From positions 192,291 to 256,290 of the forward strand of contig CAVQPJ010000005.1 of NCBI GenBank assembly GCA_963714705.1: a stretch of 64,000 bases of DNA, read 5' to 3'. This DNA comes from an uncultured Gammaproteobacteria bacterium (lineage in GTDB: Bacteria > Pseudomonadota > Gammaproteobacteria > Steroidobacterales > Rariloculaceae). Within the stretch, counting starts at the first letter, position 1. Each line of letters starts with the position of its first letter. Below the pieces are notes generated by a model, which made no database searches, was not told the origin of the DNA, and saw nothing but the letters and a program-made list of their open reading frames with translations. Of this stretch, positions 9,597 through 20,890 are shown one piece after another. The translations under genes and the position numbers were made by a program.

Positions 9597-10523
9597 GTGC
9601 CGCGCGATCTGCCGTCGCTGAACGCGATCCGCGCGTTCGAAGCCGCCGGGCGCCTCTCGAGCTTCAGCCGCGCCGCCGACGAGCTCAGCGTCACGCAGAG
9701 CGCCGTGAGCCGGCAGATTCAGAAGCTCGAAGCGGACCTCGGGCAGCCGCTGTTCGCACGCAACGGCCCACACCTGAAACTCACCGATCGCGGGCGCGAG
9801 TACTACGGCGTGGTGCAGCAGGGGCTGGGCGTCATCAAGCGCGGCACCGAACGCTTGTTTCGCCACGCGGCGCCCGTGCTGACGATCACGGCTACGCCGT
9901 CGATCATCACGAACTGGCTCGTGCCGCGCATCGCCGACTTCGAGCGGCGCCATGCGGGTACTTCGCTGCACTTGAACAGCTCGACGGCGATGGTGGATTT
10001 CGCCGTCTCGACGAACATCGACGTCGGCATCCGCTTCGGCAAGGGCCGCTGGCCCAACGCCGCTGCCGACCTGCTCGTCGACGACGTCATCTTTCCCGTC
10101 TGCCGCGCCGAAGTCGCACGGCGCCTCAAGCGGCCAAGCGACCTGCTCGGCGAGAATTTGCTGACGGAGAGCCCGAGCTGGGATCTTTGGACCGACTGGT
10201 TCGCCGCCGCGGGCGTCGTGCATGCTCCGCCGAAGCCGGTCCGATTGAGCGACGACTTCTATGTGCAGCTGCAAGCCACGCTGCTCGGCCGCGGCGTCAC
10301 GCTCGCGCGCGGCCTGCTCGTGGCCGACGAGCTGCGCGAGGGCCGTGTCGTGTGTCCGTTTCCGATCGCCGCGGCGTCGCGGCTCCAGTACTACGTCGTC
10401 TGCCATCCGGACCGGCACGGCGAGCCCGCGATCGCCGCGCTGCGCGGCTGGCTGCTCGAAACGGCCCAGGCGACCGTCGCGGATCTACCGGCGCTCATCG
10501 AGCGCAGCGCGCACGCCCGTTGA
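9597..10523 (+). CDS. LysR family regulator (GcvA-like)
   Basis: LPSLNAIRAFEAAGRLSSFSRAADELSVTQSAVSRQI HTH; DVGIRFGKGRW. Confidence 0.95.
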   Translation: MPRDLPSLNAIRAFEAAGRLSSFSRAADELSVTQSAVSRQIQKLEADLGQPLFARNGPHLKLTDRGREYYGVVQQGLGVIKRGTERLFRHAAPVLTITATPSIITNWLVPRIADFERRHAGTSLHLNSSTAMVDFAVSTNIDVGIRFGKGRWPNAAADLLVDDVIFPVCRAEVARRLKRPSDLLGENLLTESPSWDLWTDWFAAAGVVHAPPKPVRLSDDFYVQLQATLLGRGVTLARGLLVADELREGRVVCPFPIAAASRLQYYVVCHPDRHGEPAIAALRGWLLETAQATVADLPALIERSAHAR

Positions 10524-10675
10524 GCGCGGCGGGGGCGCCGGGTTAGGTTGGGCGCCAAACCCCTGACTTCAGGAGCTCGTTTGCCGAACCTCGCCCGCCG
10601 CTCGTTGACTGCGCTCGTCGCCGCCCGGTCGATCGAGATGTCGAGCCCCGGCGTCCTGACGCGCTCGGGGACGGA

Positions 10676-11718
10676 GTGACGGCGGTGAGCCACGACACGC
10701 TGTCCGACGTGTTGCGCACCGTGCGGCTGCGGTCCGCGGTGTTCTACTACGTCTCGTGCGACGGCGAGTGGGTCGCCGAAGCGCCGACCTCGCGCGCAGA
10801 TCGCGACGGCCGTCATGCCGGAAGCCGAGCACGTCATGGAATACCACGTGCTGACCTCCGGCGAGTGCTGGGCCGGCCTCGTCGGCGAGCAACCCGTCAA
10901 GATGGAGCGCGGCGACATCGTGCTGCTGCGCGCAGGGTGATGCGCACGTCCTCTCGAGCGCTCCCGGCATGCGCGCGGATCCCAACGTCAACGGTTACTT
11001 CGAGCTCGGGCGCGCCGACCGGCCTTTTCGTATCCACTACGACGGCAGCAGGGAATCGCTCGTCGACTTCAATGCCGAGCCACCGCCGCCGCGAACCGCG
11101 GCCCGCGCGGCGAGCTTCGTGTGCGGCTTCATCGGCTGCGACTTGAAGCCGTTCAACCCGCTGATCGCGACGCTGCCGCGGTTGCTGCATCTGCCGGCGG
11201 AGGGACGCAGCGCGCTCAGCGAGCAGTTCGCGACGTTCGCCGCCGCCGAGTCCGCAGCGCGGCGCCCCGGCAGCGAAGCGTTGCTCGAGCGCTTGAGCGA
11301 GATGATGTTCGTCGACGCGATTCGCCGCCACGTCGAGCACATGCCTCCGCAATCGACGGGCTGGCTCGCGGGCCTGCGTGACCGGTACGTCGGCCGCGCG
11401 CTCGCGCTGCTGCACGAACGCCCGGCCGCCGCGTGGACGATCGACGATCTCAGCAGCCAAGTCGGCCTGTCGCGCTCGGCACTGCACGAGCGGTTCGTGT
11501 CGTTGATCGGGCAGCCGCCCGTGCAATACCTGACGAATTGGCGCATGCAGCTCGCGTCGCGGCTCCTGCTCGAGGGGCGCTCGACGGTCGCGGCCGTCGC
11601 CGTCGACGTCGGCTACGACTCCGAGGCCGCGTTCGCGCGCGCATTCAAGCGCCTCGTCGGCATGCCGCCGGCCGCTTGGCGCCGCTCGCACGAAGCCGCC
11701 GGGGCGCGAGCGCACTGA
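10676..11718 (+). CDS. AraC family regulator with N-terminal cupin domain (frameshifted)
   Basis: DTLSDVLRTVRL N-terminus; WTIDDLSSQVGLSRS and VGYDSEAAFARAFKR helix-turn-helix motifs. Confidence 0.9.
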
Positions 11719-13489
11719 TGCGGCGGCGGCACGCAGCGCGGCTTTCGGCAGCGTGCGACGCTGGCCCTCGCGGGCGCAGCGGCAACCGCAGACGAGCGTC
11801 ACGATCTCGATCGTCGGCACCAACGATCTGCACGGCCGGTTGTTCACCGACGATCAAGGGCGCGGCGGGCTCACGGTGCTCGGCGGCTACATCGACAACC
11901 TGCGCGCCGCGCGCGCGGCCGACGGCGGCGCCGTGCTCGTGCTCGACGCCGGCGACACGTTCCAGGGCGGCATCGAGTCGAATCTCTCGGAAGGCCTCGA
12001 TGGTCGTCGACGCCTACAACGCGATCGGCTATACGGCGCTCGCGCATCGGCAATCACGATTTCGACTACGGCTCCGTCGATCCGCGCGGGCCGGTCGCGG
12101 CAGTGGCTGCCCGTTGCACGCACGGCGGCGAGGCGCCCGGCGACATGCAAGGCGCGTTGAAGGCGGCCGCGGCGCGCGCGCGTTTTCCGTTTCTCGCCGC
12201 GAACATCGTCGACGCGGCGACGGGCAAGCCGGTGCGCTGGCCGAACGTCGCACCGTCGGCGATCGTCGAAGCCGCCGGCGTGCGCGTCGGCATCATCGGC
12301 ACGATGACCGAGACCGGCTTGCGACAGACGCTGGCGGCGCACGTCGAAGGGCTCGCGACGAGCCGCTCGCGCCGACCGTCGCGAGCGAGGCGCGCGCGCT
12401 GCGCGAGCGCGGCGCGGACATCGTCGTGCTCGCGACGCACGCAGGCGGCTGGTGCGGCGAGACTGCGGATCCGCACGACCTCAAGTCGTGCGACGACGGC
12501 AGCGAGATCTTCCGGCTCGCGCGCGAGCTGCCGCGCGGCACTTTGCAGGCGATCGTCGCGGGGCACACGCACGGCATCGTCGCGCACTTCGTGAACGACG
12601 TGCCGATCATCTCCGTGCCGCAACTTCGGCATGCAGTTCGGCCGCATGGATCTTCACGATCGACACCGCGCGGCGCGCCGTGCACTCGACGTGCGCATCC
12701 ACGAGCCGCAGCGCGTCTGCGCGCACGTCGAGCCGCGCAGCGGCGACTGCACCGTGGCGCCCGGCCGGCGTCGCGGCCGACTACGAGGGGAAGCCCGTCG
12801 ACGCCGAGCGCCACGGTCGCGGCCGCGATCGAGCCGGAGCTCGCGCGCGTGCGCGCGCTGCGTGCCGAGTCGCTCGGCGTCGTCGCCGACGCCGTAGTCG
12901 CGCGCGGGTCGGGGCTCGACGGCGAGCTCGGCAATCTGTTCGCCGAGGCACTGCTCGCGGTCGTGCCGGACGCGGACGCCGCGCTCGGCTACGGCTCTGG
13001 CCGAGGCGGTCTGCGCGCGGACTTGCCGAAAGGGCCGCTGACGTTCGGCCACGCTTACGACGCGTTCCCGTTCGACAATCGCATCACGCGCGTCGCGCTG
13101 ACCGGGGCGCAGCTGAAACGCGCTGATTGGCGCACAGCTCCCGCAATGGGTCGACGGACGGCGCGGATTGCCGGGGCTCGCCGGCCTGCGCGTGCACGAT
13201 CGAGTGCATAGGGGTGGAAGCGAACGCGCACCTGGTCAGGGAGTCCGGCCGCGACGTCGAGCCCGACGAGCCTCTAATCGTGGCCATGGCGTCGAATACC
13301 GTCGGCCGTTTCGCGGCAACGGCGCTTGCCGGAGAGCCCGAGATCGCGGCCGCCGAGCTGCCTGTTCTAGTCCGCGACGCCGTTGCCGGCTGGCTGCTCG
13401 AGCGCGGCGGTCACCTCGCGCCGGCGGACTTCGCCGGGCGGTGGCAGCTACCGCGGCACGGCGCGAGCTGCGGAACGTCTGCCCGGTAG
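11718..13489 (+). CDS. 5'-nucleotidase / bifunctional metallophosphatase (multiply frameshifted)
   Basis: TNDLHG, LDAGD, GNHDFD, AGHTH, GGLRADL, FPFDN motifs in successive frames. ATG overlaps the AraC stop. Confidence 0.88.
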
Positions 13490-13543
13490 CGTCCACCGAC
13501 CCGAACTGAACTCGTCAGCTGCTACCGGGCCCGGGTGCTGGGC

Positions 13544-14826
13544 TCAGCGAGCCGGAGCGGCCAAGCGGTAGGAAAACTGCACCCGAACTTGATCTTCGGT
13601 GTTGGTTTGCGGCATCGAGTAGAACATCGGCCACAGGTCGCGACTCGACTCGATGCGCAGCCACTCGACGCCGCCGCTGAACCGTTCGTCGGCTCGACGC
13701 GATAGCTCAGCGTCCAGGCATCGCCCTCGTCGCTGTAGAGCACCGGCACGGCCGCCGGCCGCTCGGTCGAGAACGTGTCGTAGCGCAGCGCGACTCGCTG
13801 CTTGGCACCGAGCCTGCGCGTCAGCATCACGAACTTGCGACTCGAATTCGTCTTGCACGTACTCCGACATCGGCAGCCGTGTGCCCGTTGGGCAGCGCCG
13901 CCGTGAGCCACTCCGTCGTGCCGTCCATCCACTGCGCGACGAGGCCGATCTCGGCGGGCAAGCTGACTTGCACGGCGAGGTGATTGAAGTCGGTGCCCCA
14001 GCCCCACTGGCCGTCCGAGAACGAGTACGGATCGGCGCGATTGTCGTAGCGCGCGAGCTGCACGAGCGCGCGGCGCGCGTAGCGCCACTCGACGCCCGCG
14101 TAGCCGCCGGGGCGGTGATCGGTCTCCGCGAACGGCTGACAACTGCTGCGGGTTCGTCGTGAATCGGCATCGGCGGAATGTCGAAGCTCGTCGTCCAGTC
14201 GCGTCTGCCGATCGTGCAGCGACCAGCCGCGCCAGAACAGCAGCGTGCCGGCCGGATCGTTGCCGTAGAACCCCGCCGCGAACGCACGCAATTCGTGGTT
14301 GCTGCGGAAACCTTCGAGGCGGCGGCGCAGCGACCATTCGGCGCCGATCGGCCGAATCTCTTCGCCGAGCCACGTGTTGATGGCCGAGTACGAGTACGTG
14401 AACGGGCTCTCCCAGCCGCGGTCGCCGTTCTCGAGCGAGAACGACGGGTAGAACGCACCGAAGCGCACCTGGTGCTGATTCCGCGAGCTGCGGGATCGGC
14501 CGCCAGTCGATGACCGCCTCGGTCAGGTCGAGCCCGGCCGAGGCGTCGTCGACGTAGTCGGCGACGACGCGCGCGCGCAGCGTCGGTGTGATGCGGCCGT
14601 GGTACTCGGCGAACAGGCGGAACGCCTCGAAGCCGTCCTCGGCGTAACGCAGCTTGCTGAATCCGCCTTCGGTCCACGCGTCCAGGTCCGTCGAAGCGGA
14701 GACGTAGCCGGCCGAAGCGTCGAAGTAGATCTGGTGACGGTCGCTCTTGCGCAATCGCGGGCGCCGCAGCCAATGTCGCTACGAGCAGCAGCACCAGACC
14801 GCCGCCCGCGTCAGTAGCGGTCCCAT
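13544..14826 (-). CDS. Putative outer-membrane beta-barrel protein (frameshifted)
   Basis: Signal peptide; GAFYPSFSLEN, WESPFTYSYSAINTWLGEEIR, GWSLHDRQT; C-terminal VQFSYRL. Overlaps the upstream cupredoxin gene. Confidence 0.7.
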
Positions 14827-15515
14827 GACAGGCTCGAAGCGGCAGTGCTGGTGCGCCGGCGCCAGCCGGCCGCCGATGCGGATTTCTGCCGCGACCGTAC
14901 CCTGCTGCGTCACGGTCATGGGCTGCGCGGGCGGCAAGCTCGTGGACCGTACGCGCGGCGTCCAGACCGTCGACGGCGTAGTCGCCGTTCGGCACGCCGT
15001 CGATCAACGCGACGCCTTGCTCGTTCGTCCGCGCGAAGTGCGGAGTGTCGACGACGACGATGTAGCCGAGCATGCCGTCGTGAATGTTGCAGCCGAGCAC
15101 GACGATGCCGGGCCGGTCGAACACGACTGGCGGATAGACGTTGCCTTTGTAGAGCGGCGAGCTCGAAGGTCTTCGTCTCCGAGAACGAGTAGACGTGATG
15201 GCTCACGTCGTCGCCGTTCGGGAACGTGACCAACGGTGCCGGACTGCACGACGAGCAGTGCGGCGCGAACTGCAGTTGTGCTGGTCCATGACGGCCGGCG
15301 CCGCTGCGTGCGCAACGGCCGTGTCCGCGCGCCGTGCTCGCCGGCGCCGTGCGAGGGCATCGCGTAGACGGCGACGTTGCTCGATCGGCCTTGCCTTGCT
15401 CGTCGACGACCGACACCTCGAGCGTCGCCGCTGCACGAAGTCGCGGCGGCTGCGAGCGCGACGAGCAGCGCGCTCGTTCGCAACCGGCGGAGCTGACGAG
15501 GACCGTCGTGCGCAT
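14811..15515 (-). CDS. Cupredoxin-fold 'methylamine utilization protein'-like protein (frameshifted)
   Basis: MDQ, FPNGDDVSHHVYSFS, LGCNIHDGM (His...Cys-x2-His-x2-Met type-1 copper ligands). Confidence 0.82.
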
Positions 15516-15575
15516 GCGATGCGTCGCAATGAAGAAGAGGAGTCCGGATGTTAGTGTCGACGGTCGAGCCGCAAC

Positions 15576-15591
15576 CGTGACCGACCGCACA
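15576..15591. promoter_or_regulatory. CRP/Clp-like box in the divergent intergenic region
   Basis: CGTGA-CCGACC-GCACA, 8/10 match to TGTGA-N6-TCACA. Confidence 0.4.
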
Positions 15592-15626
15592 CAACCCTTT
15601 GCTTCGCTCCGTAGTATCGCAACTGC

Positions 15627-18013
15627 ATGAAACAGTACGGCTTTCGTCACAGAATTCTGCTGCTCGCCGTCGCGCTCGTCGTCGCGACGCAGCTCGATCA
15701 TGCTGTTCCCGGTCTTCGACCTCATCAAACGCGACTCGGCCGCGCAGGCCGAGCGCACGGTCGGCCTCGCCGGCGTGCTGTTCGACGAGTACATGCACAA
15801 TCGCGCCGAGCAGCTGCTGACGACCGTCAACGTCCTCGTCTCGGACTATCCGTTCAAGCAGGCCGTCGCGAGCAGCGACGACGAAGCGACGATTCGCTCC
15901 GTGCTGCGCAACCACGCGAGCCGTGTCGGCGCGCCGCGTCGCGGCGCTGCTCGACCTCGACGGCGCGGTCACGGTCAGCTCGACCGCCGACGAGCGTCCG
16001 GTGCCGGGCTTCCCGAGCGTGCCGTTCAGCTCACTCGACGGACAGGCGCGCGCCATCGCGTCGTCGTCATCGGCGGCGTGCCGTACCAGACCGTGACCGT
16101 GCCGTTGCGCGCACCCGATACGGTCGCTTGGGTCATGCTCGGCTTTCCGATCGACGACGTGGTCGCTCGGCGACACTCGAGAGTCTCACGGGCCTCGACG
16201 TGTCGTTCATCTCACGTGCAAGGCGTGACGCCGCGCGTGCTTGAGCTCGACGCTGCCGAGAGCACGCGAGAGCGAATGCGCTTGCCGGCCTCGACGCGTA
16301 GCCGCACCGAGCCGCAACGCACCGGCGTCGGCACCGACACGCACGTCTCGTTGCTGCGGCCGTTCGCGCGCCGACAACAACGACGTCTACGTCGCGATGC
16401 AGCTCTCGCAAGACGATGGCGATGGCCTCGTACCGCCGCGTCCGCAACTTCCTGTACGCGATCACGGGCTTCTCGCTGCTGCTCGCGATCAGCGGCTCGT
16501 TCTGGCTCGCGAAGACCGTGACGCGGCCCGTGCAGGATCTCGCGGACGCGGCGCGCCGCATGCGCGAAGGCGTCTACAACGAGCCGATCAACATCCGCAC
16601 CGCCGACGATTTCGGCGAGCTCGCCGGCAGCTTCAACGCGATGCAAGAAGCGATCGCGGACCGCGAGCGGCGCATCTTCCACCAGGCGCATCACGACAGC
16701 TTGTCCGGACTGCCGAACCGCGAGCTCGTCGTCGGCCTGCTCCGCGATGCCATCGAGCGGCAACGCAAAGCTCGCGGTCGTGAGCCTGGGGCTCGACCGA
16801 TTCAACGGCATCGTATCGTCGCTCGGCCACCGCGCCGGCGACGAGGTCGTCAAGCTCGCGGCCGCGACGCTGCGCGCACGCCTCGGCGAGAACCGACGTG
16901 CTCGGCCACCTGAGCGGCCACGAGTTCGTCGTCGGATTGCCGGGACGCGACGCACGCGAAGCCGATCGAGTGGATCGAGCTCCAGGCCGACGCGCTGCGC
17001 GCCGGCGTGCGCGTCTCGAACGCCAACATCTCGCTGCAAGTGACGGGCGGCGTCGCCTGCTACCCCGAGCACAGCCAGGACGCGGCCGAGCTCTGCCGAC
17101 GCGCGTCGAGCGCGCGCAGCGAGGCGCTCGCGCGCCACGAGACGGCGGCCGTGTATCGCCTCGGGCAGGACGACCGCTCGTTGCAGCAGATTCGGATCGT
17201 CGGCGACTTTCCGCGGCGCGTTGCACGACGGCGATCTACGGCTGTACTTCCAACCGAAGCTCGACCTCTCGACGGGCGAGATCTACGGCGCCGAGGCGCT
17301 CGTGCGCTGGCAGCATCCCGAGCTCGGGCTGCTGATGCCCGGACGCCTTCATCGCCGCCGATCGAGCAAGCCGGCAGCATCGCGCACCTGACGCGCTGGG
17401 TGCTGCGCGAGGCCGTCGCCCGCTGCGCGACGTGGCGCAATCAAGGCGTCATGCTCGGCATCGCCGTCAACATCTCGGTCGACGACCTGACCGACGAGTA
17501 CCTGCCCTACTTCCTGCTCGAGCTCGATGCAGAAGCACAAGCTCGCGCCGCACACGCTGACGCTCGAGGTCACCGAGAGCGCGATCATGCACAACGTGCA
17601 GAAGTCGCTCGCCGTCGTGAACTGCATCCACGAGCTCGGCTTCCGTCTCTCGATCGACGACTTCGGCACGGGCCATTCGGCGCTCTGCGCAGTTGAAGCG
17701 CCTACCGGTCGACGAGCTCAAGATCGACAAGTCGTTCGTCACGCGCAACGACGACGCGAAGGACGACGCGATCTTGCGCGCGACGATCGATCTCGCCCAC
17801 CAGCTCGGGCTCACCGTCGTCGCCGAAGGCGTCGAGGACGACGCCGCGATCGCGCGACTCGCGGCACTCGGCTGCGAGCACGCGCAGGGCTACGGCATCG
17901 GCAAGCCGATTCCGCAGGAGCAGTTCCTGGCCTGGCTCTCGCAGCGTCGCAGCGCGGGCCGCGCGAGCGTCGTGCCGCTGACCGGCGGGCGCGCGGACGG
18001 CCGCGGCAGCTAG
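15627..18013 (+). CDS. Membrane sensor-HAMP-GGDEF(degenerate)-EAL phosphodiesterase (frameshifted)
   Basis: Two TM segments, HAMP (DDFGELAGSFNAM), HDSLSGLPNR, SGHEF in place of GGDEF, GAEALVRW, IDDFGTG, LKIDKSF, AEGVE. Confidence 0.9.
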
Positions 18014-18871
18014 GCACGGCCTGAGCGACGTCGGGCGTCGGGCGGCCACGCTCCGCGAACTCGCGGTGCACCGCGAGCTCCGCGCTCGACCTCGTCGCGT
18101 CGCGCGAGCTCGGCGGGCTTGACGCCCGACTCGACCGCCGCGACGCGCACGCGTGCGCGCCGTCGACCGTGAAGCACAGCGCGCCAATCCTTGATGCACA
18201 GCGTGAAGCCCGTCGCTCGCGCGCGGATACGCCGGTACGGGTGCGGCTCCGGCCCGAGCGCGAGCGTCGGCCGTCGCACGCTCGCGCAGCGGCAAGCCCC
18301 GTGCGCGCTCGATCCACTCGGCCTGCTCGGCTGCAAGCGGCGTCCCAGACGCACCTCGAACGCCGGGATCGGATCGCGCGGCGCGTCGCCGCACTCCGCG
18401 AGCCAGCCGCTCCCTGCGTCGGCGATCGCGTCCGTGTAGGCGACGTACGGCTTGATGTCGAGCACCGGCGTGCCGTCGAGCATGTCGACGTCGCTGACGT
18501 GCAGCGTCAGGCCGTCGACGCGCTCGAGCCGCACGGCCGACAGCCCGAGCGGGTTCGGCCGATGCGGCGAGCGCGTCGCGAACACGCCCTTGCGGCCGGA
18601 GCGGCTGCGCGGCGGCAGCACCTTCGGCCGCCAGCCGTCGTTGCGGTCGAACCAGAACAGCACCCAGATGTATTGCCATCCGTCGAGGTCGGCAGAGCGC
18701 GTGCTCGAAGTTGCGGCCGGGCAGGAGCTCGATGCGGCGCCGGCGACGCCCACGCGCGCGCGCGGCTGGCGCGCGGCTTCGACTTTCGTCGCGAGCGCCG
18801 CAGCGCACGTAGCCGATCGGCTCGAGCGTGAGCTGTTTCGCCGGCTCGGGGCGTCGCTGCGGATCCGTCAT
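18010..18871 (-). CDS. trmO: tRNA (t6A37) N6-methyltransferase TrmO (frameshifted)
   Basis: GVFATRSPHRPNPLGLS and DMLDGTPVLDIKPY. Confidence 0.9.
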
Positions 18872-19098
18872 TCGGCTACCTCGGAAAGTCGCCCCGGGGA
18901 CTTTACACGACGGTCGGGCAGCGAGCGCCGCCCTCTCGGCCGAGGTAGGTGGGTTGCCCGGTGTTGCCGGTGATGGTGTGGCTGGAAAGGGGCCCCGCCG
19001 TGACACATTCCCGGACCTCAAACTGAGCGACGCATCACTCGGCCCGCCGGCTCGATCCCCTATGCTCCTAAGCTTACTTGCGACAGCTCGTGTGAGTA

Positions 19099-20886
19099 AT
19101 GACGGACCGTTACGCACGCATCCAGGGTATCCCGGCGATCGAAACGGATCGCGACGGCGAGCTCGGTAGCGTTGGCAGGAGCCTGTTGCCACCGCGCGAC
19201 GCTTCGGCGGCCCAGCCGCCGAGTCAGATGGCCGGTTATCGGACCGTGCTCATGCTCGTTGCGTCTCCCGACGGCACCGTCTCCGGTGTGCTGCCCGGGG
19301 AAGGACCATCGGCCGGCGGGCTCGATGCCAATGCCGCACCGAAGTCGCTGGCGGAGCTGTGGCCCGCGGACGTCTGCGCGCAAATCGGCGAATGCATGCG
19401 ACGGTGCCTACGCGGCCGCTGCCTCGAGAGCATGGCTCTCGAGATCGTCGAGCCGGCCGACCGGCTCAAGCTCATCTGCGTGCCTCATGGCCGCGACAGC
19501 GCGCTCATCGTCGTGCTCGACGTCGGCGCGCCCGCGAACGCCTACTCGCGCATGCTCGATCTCGCGTACGTCGATCGGGCCACGACGCTGCCGACGCGCG
19601 AGTACTTCTTGGAGGAGCTCGAGCGCTTCACCGATATCTCACGACTGAAAGAGCAGCGCGCTGCGGTCATCTGCTTCAGCATCGAGCAAAGCGAAGGGCA
19701 CGCCAACGCGTTCAGCGGACAACGCCAGGACCTCGTGCTCAAGGAGCTCGCCGCGCGGCTCGTGCTTTCGCTGCGGGGCGTGAACAAGCGCAGCGAGCCC
19801 GATCACGAGCGCTACTCGGTCGCGGCTCGCATCGACTACCGCCAGTACGGCGTGCTGCTGCCGAGCATCGGCAGCGGCGCCGACGCCGAGAGCGTGACCG
19901 TGCGCCTGATTGAGGCTCTGCAGCAGCCCGTACCGCTCGGCAACCGCCAAGTGGCAGTGACCGTGCGCGCGGGCATCGCGTTATTCCCACAAGACGGCGC
20001 CGACGCCGAGACGCTGTTCGAAAACGCACTCGCCGCCATGGAAGACGCGCGCAGCAGCCAAACCGACAGCTACAAGTTCCACTCGGGCACGCTGAAGCTG
20101 CGCGCGTTGCAGCGCAACGAGCTCGAGCTGGAGCTCAAGACCGCACTCGACCGCGAGCAGTTCAGTCTCGACTACCTCCCGATCGTGGACGCTAAGACGG
20201 GTGGCGTGGCGAGTGTCGAAGCCCTGCTGCGTTGGCCGCAGGCCGCATTCGGCACGCAGCGCACGCAGAAGGTCCTCGCGCTCGCAGAGCACACGGGCCT
20301 CATCGTGCCGATCGGCGAATGGGTCATGACGCAAGGCATCGGCGATCTCAAGCGGTGGCATCAGGCGGGGCACACGAGGCTCAGACTGGCGATCAACCTC
20401 TCGATGCAGCAGTTCTCGCGGCCCGACCTACCGCAGCGCCTCGCCGCGATGCTGGCGGCGCAAGGCGTCGATGCCGGCTGCATCGACGTCGAGATAACCG
20501 AATACATGCTGTTCCGGGACGCGCTCGCGGGCCACGCCGCGGCCCGTGCGCTGCGTGACGTCGGCGTCGGCGTCGTCGTCGACGATTTCGGCACGGGCGC
20601 GTGCTCGATCGCCCATCTCTCGCGGAGCCCCATCACGGCCGTCAAAATCGACAACAGCTTCGTTGCCAACGTGGCTAGCCAGGGCGCCGACCGGGCGACG
20701 TGCGCCGCAATGATCGCGCTCACCCACGAGCTCGGCCGCACGGTCAGCGCCGAGGGCGTCGAGACGCCTGCACAGGCGCAGGTGCTGCGCGAGCAGGGTT
20801 GCGATTTTCTCCAGGGATTCCTGATCTCAAAGCCGGCGCCCGCGCCGGAGATCGGCGCGTTCCTGGCGTCGCGGAGCAAGGGTTGA
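19099..20886 (+). CDS. GGDEF(degenerate)-EAL protein, probable c-di-GMP phosphodiesterase
   Basis: GGDEF replaced by DYRQY; VEALLRW, EITE, DDFGTG, KID, AEGVET, QGF intact. Start uncertain. Confidence 0.88.
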   Translation: MTDRYARIQGIPAIETDRDGELGSVGRSLLPPRDASAAQPPSQMAGYRTVLMLVASPDGTVSGVLPGEGPSAGGLDANAAPKSLAELWPADVCAQIGECMRRCLRGRCLESMALEIVEPADRLKLICVPHGRDSALIVVLDVGAPANAYSRMLDLAYVDRATTLPTREYFLEELERFTDISRLKEQRAAVICFSIEQSEGHANAFSGQRQDLVLKELAARLVLSLRGVNKRSEPDHERYSVAARIDYRQYGVLLPSIGSGADAESVTVRLIEALQQPVPLGNRQVAVTVRAGIALFPQDGADAETLFENALAAMEDARSSQTDSYKFHSGTLKLRALQRNELELELKTALDREQFSLDYLPIVDAKTGGVASVEALLRWPQAAFGTQRTQKVLALAEHTGLIVPIGEWVMTQGIGDLKRWHQAGHTRLRLAINLSMQQFSRPDLPQRLAAMLAAQGVDAGCIDVEITEYMLFRDALAGHAAARALRDVGVGVVVDDFGTGACSIAHLSRSPITAVKIDNSFVANVASQGADRATCAAMIALTHELGRTVSAEGVETPAQAQVLREQGCDFLQGFLISKPAPAPEIGAFLASRSKG

Positions 20887-20890
20887 AGCC

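Noticed and set aside
14811-15515. Methylamine dehydrogenase (mau) pathway
   Set aside because: Only a generic cupredoxin-like gene; no mauA/B/D/E/G is visible.
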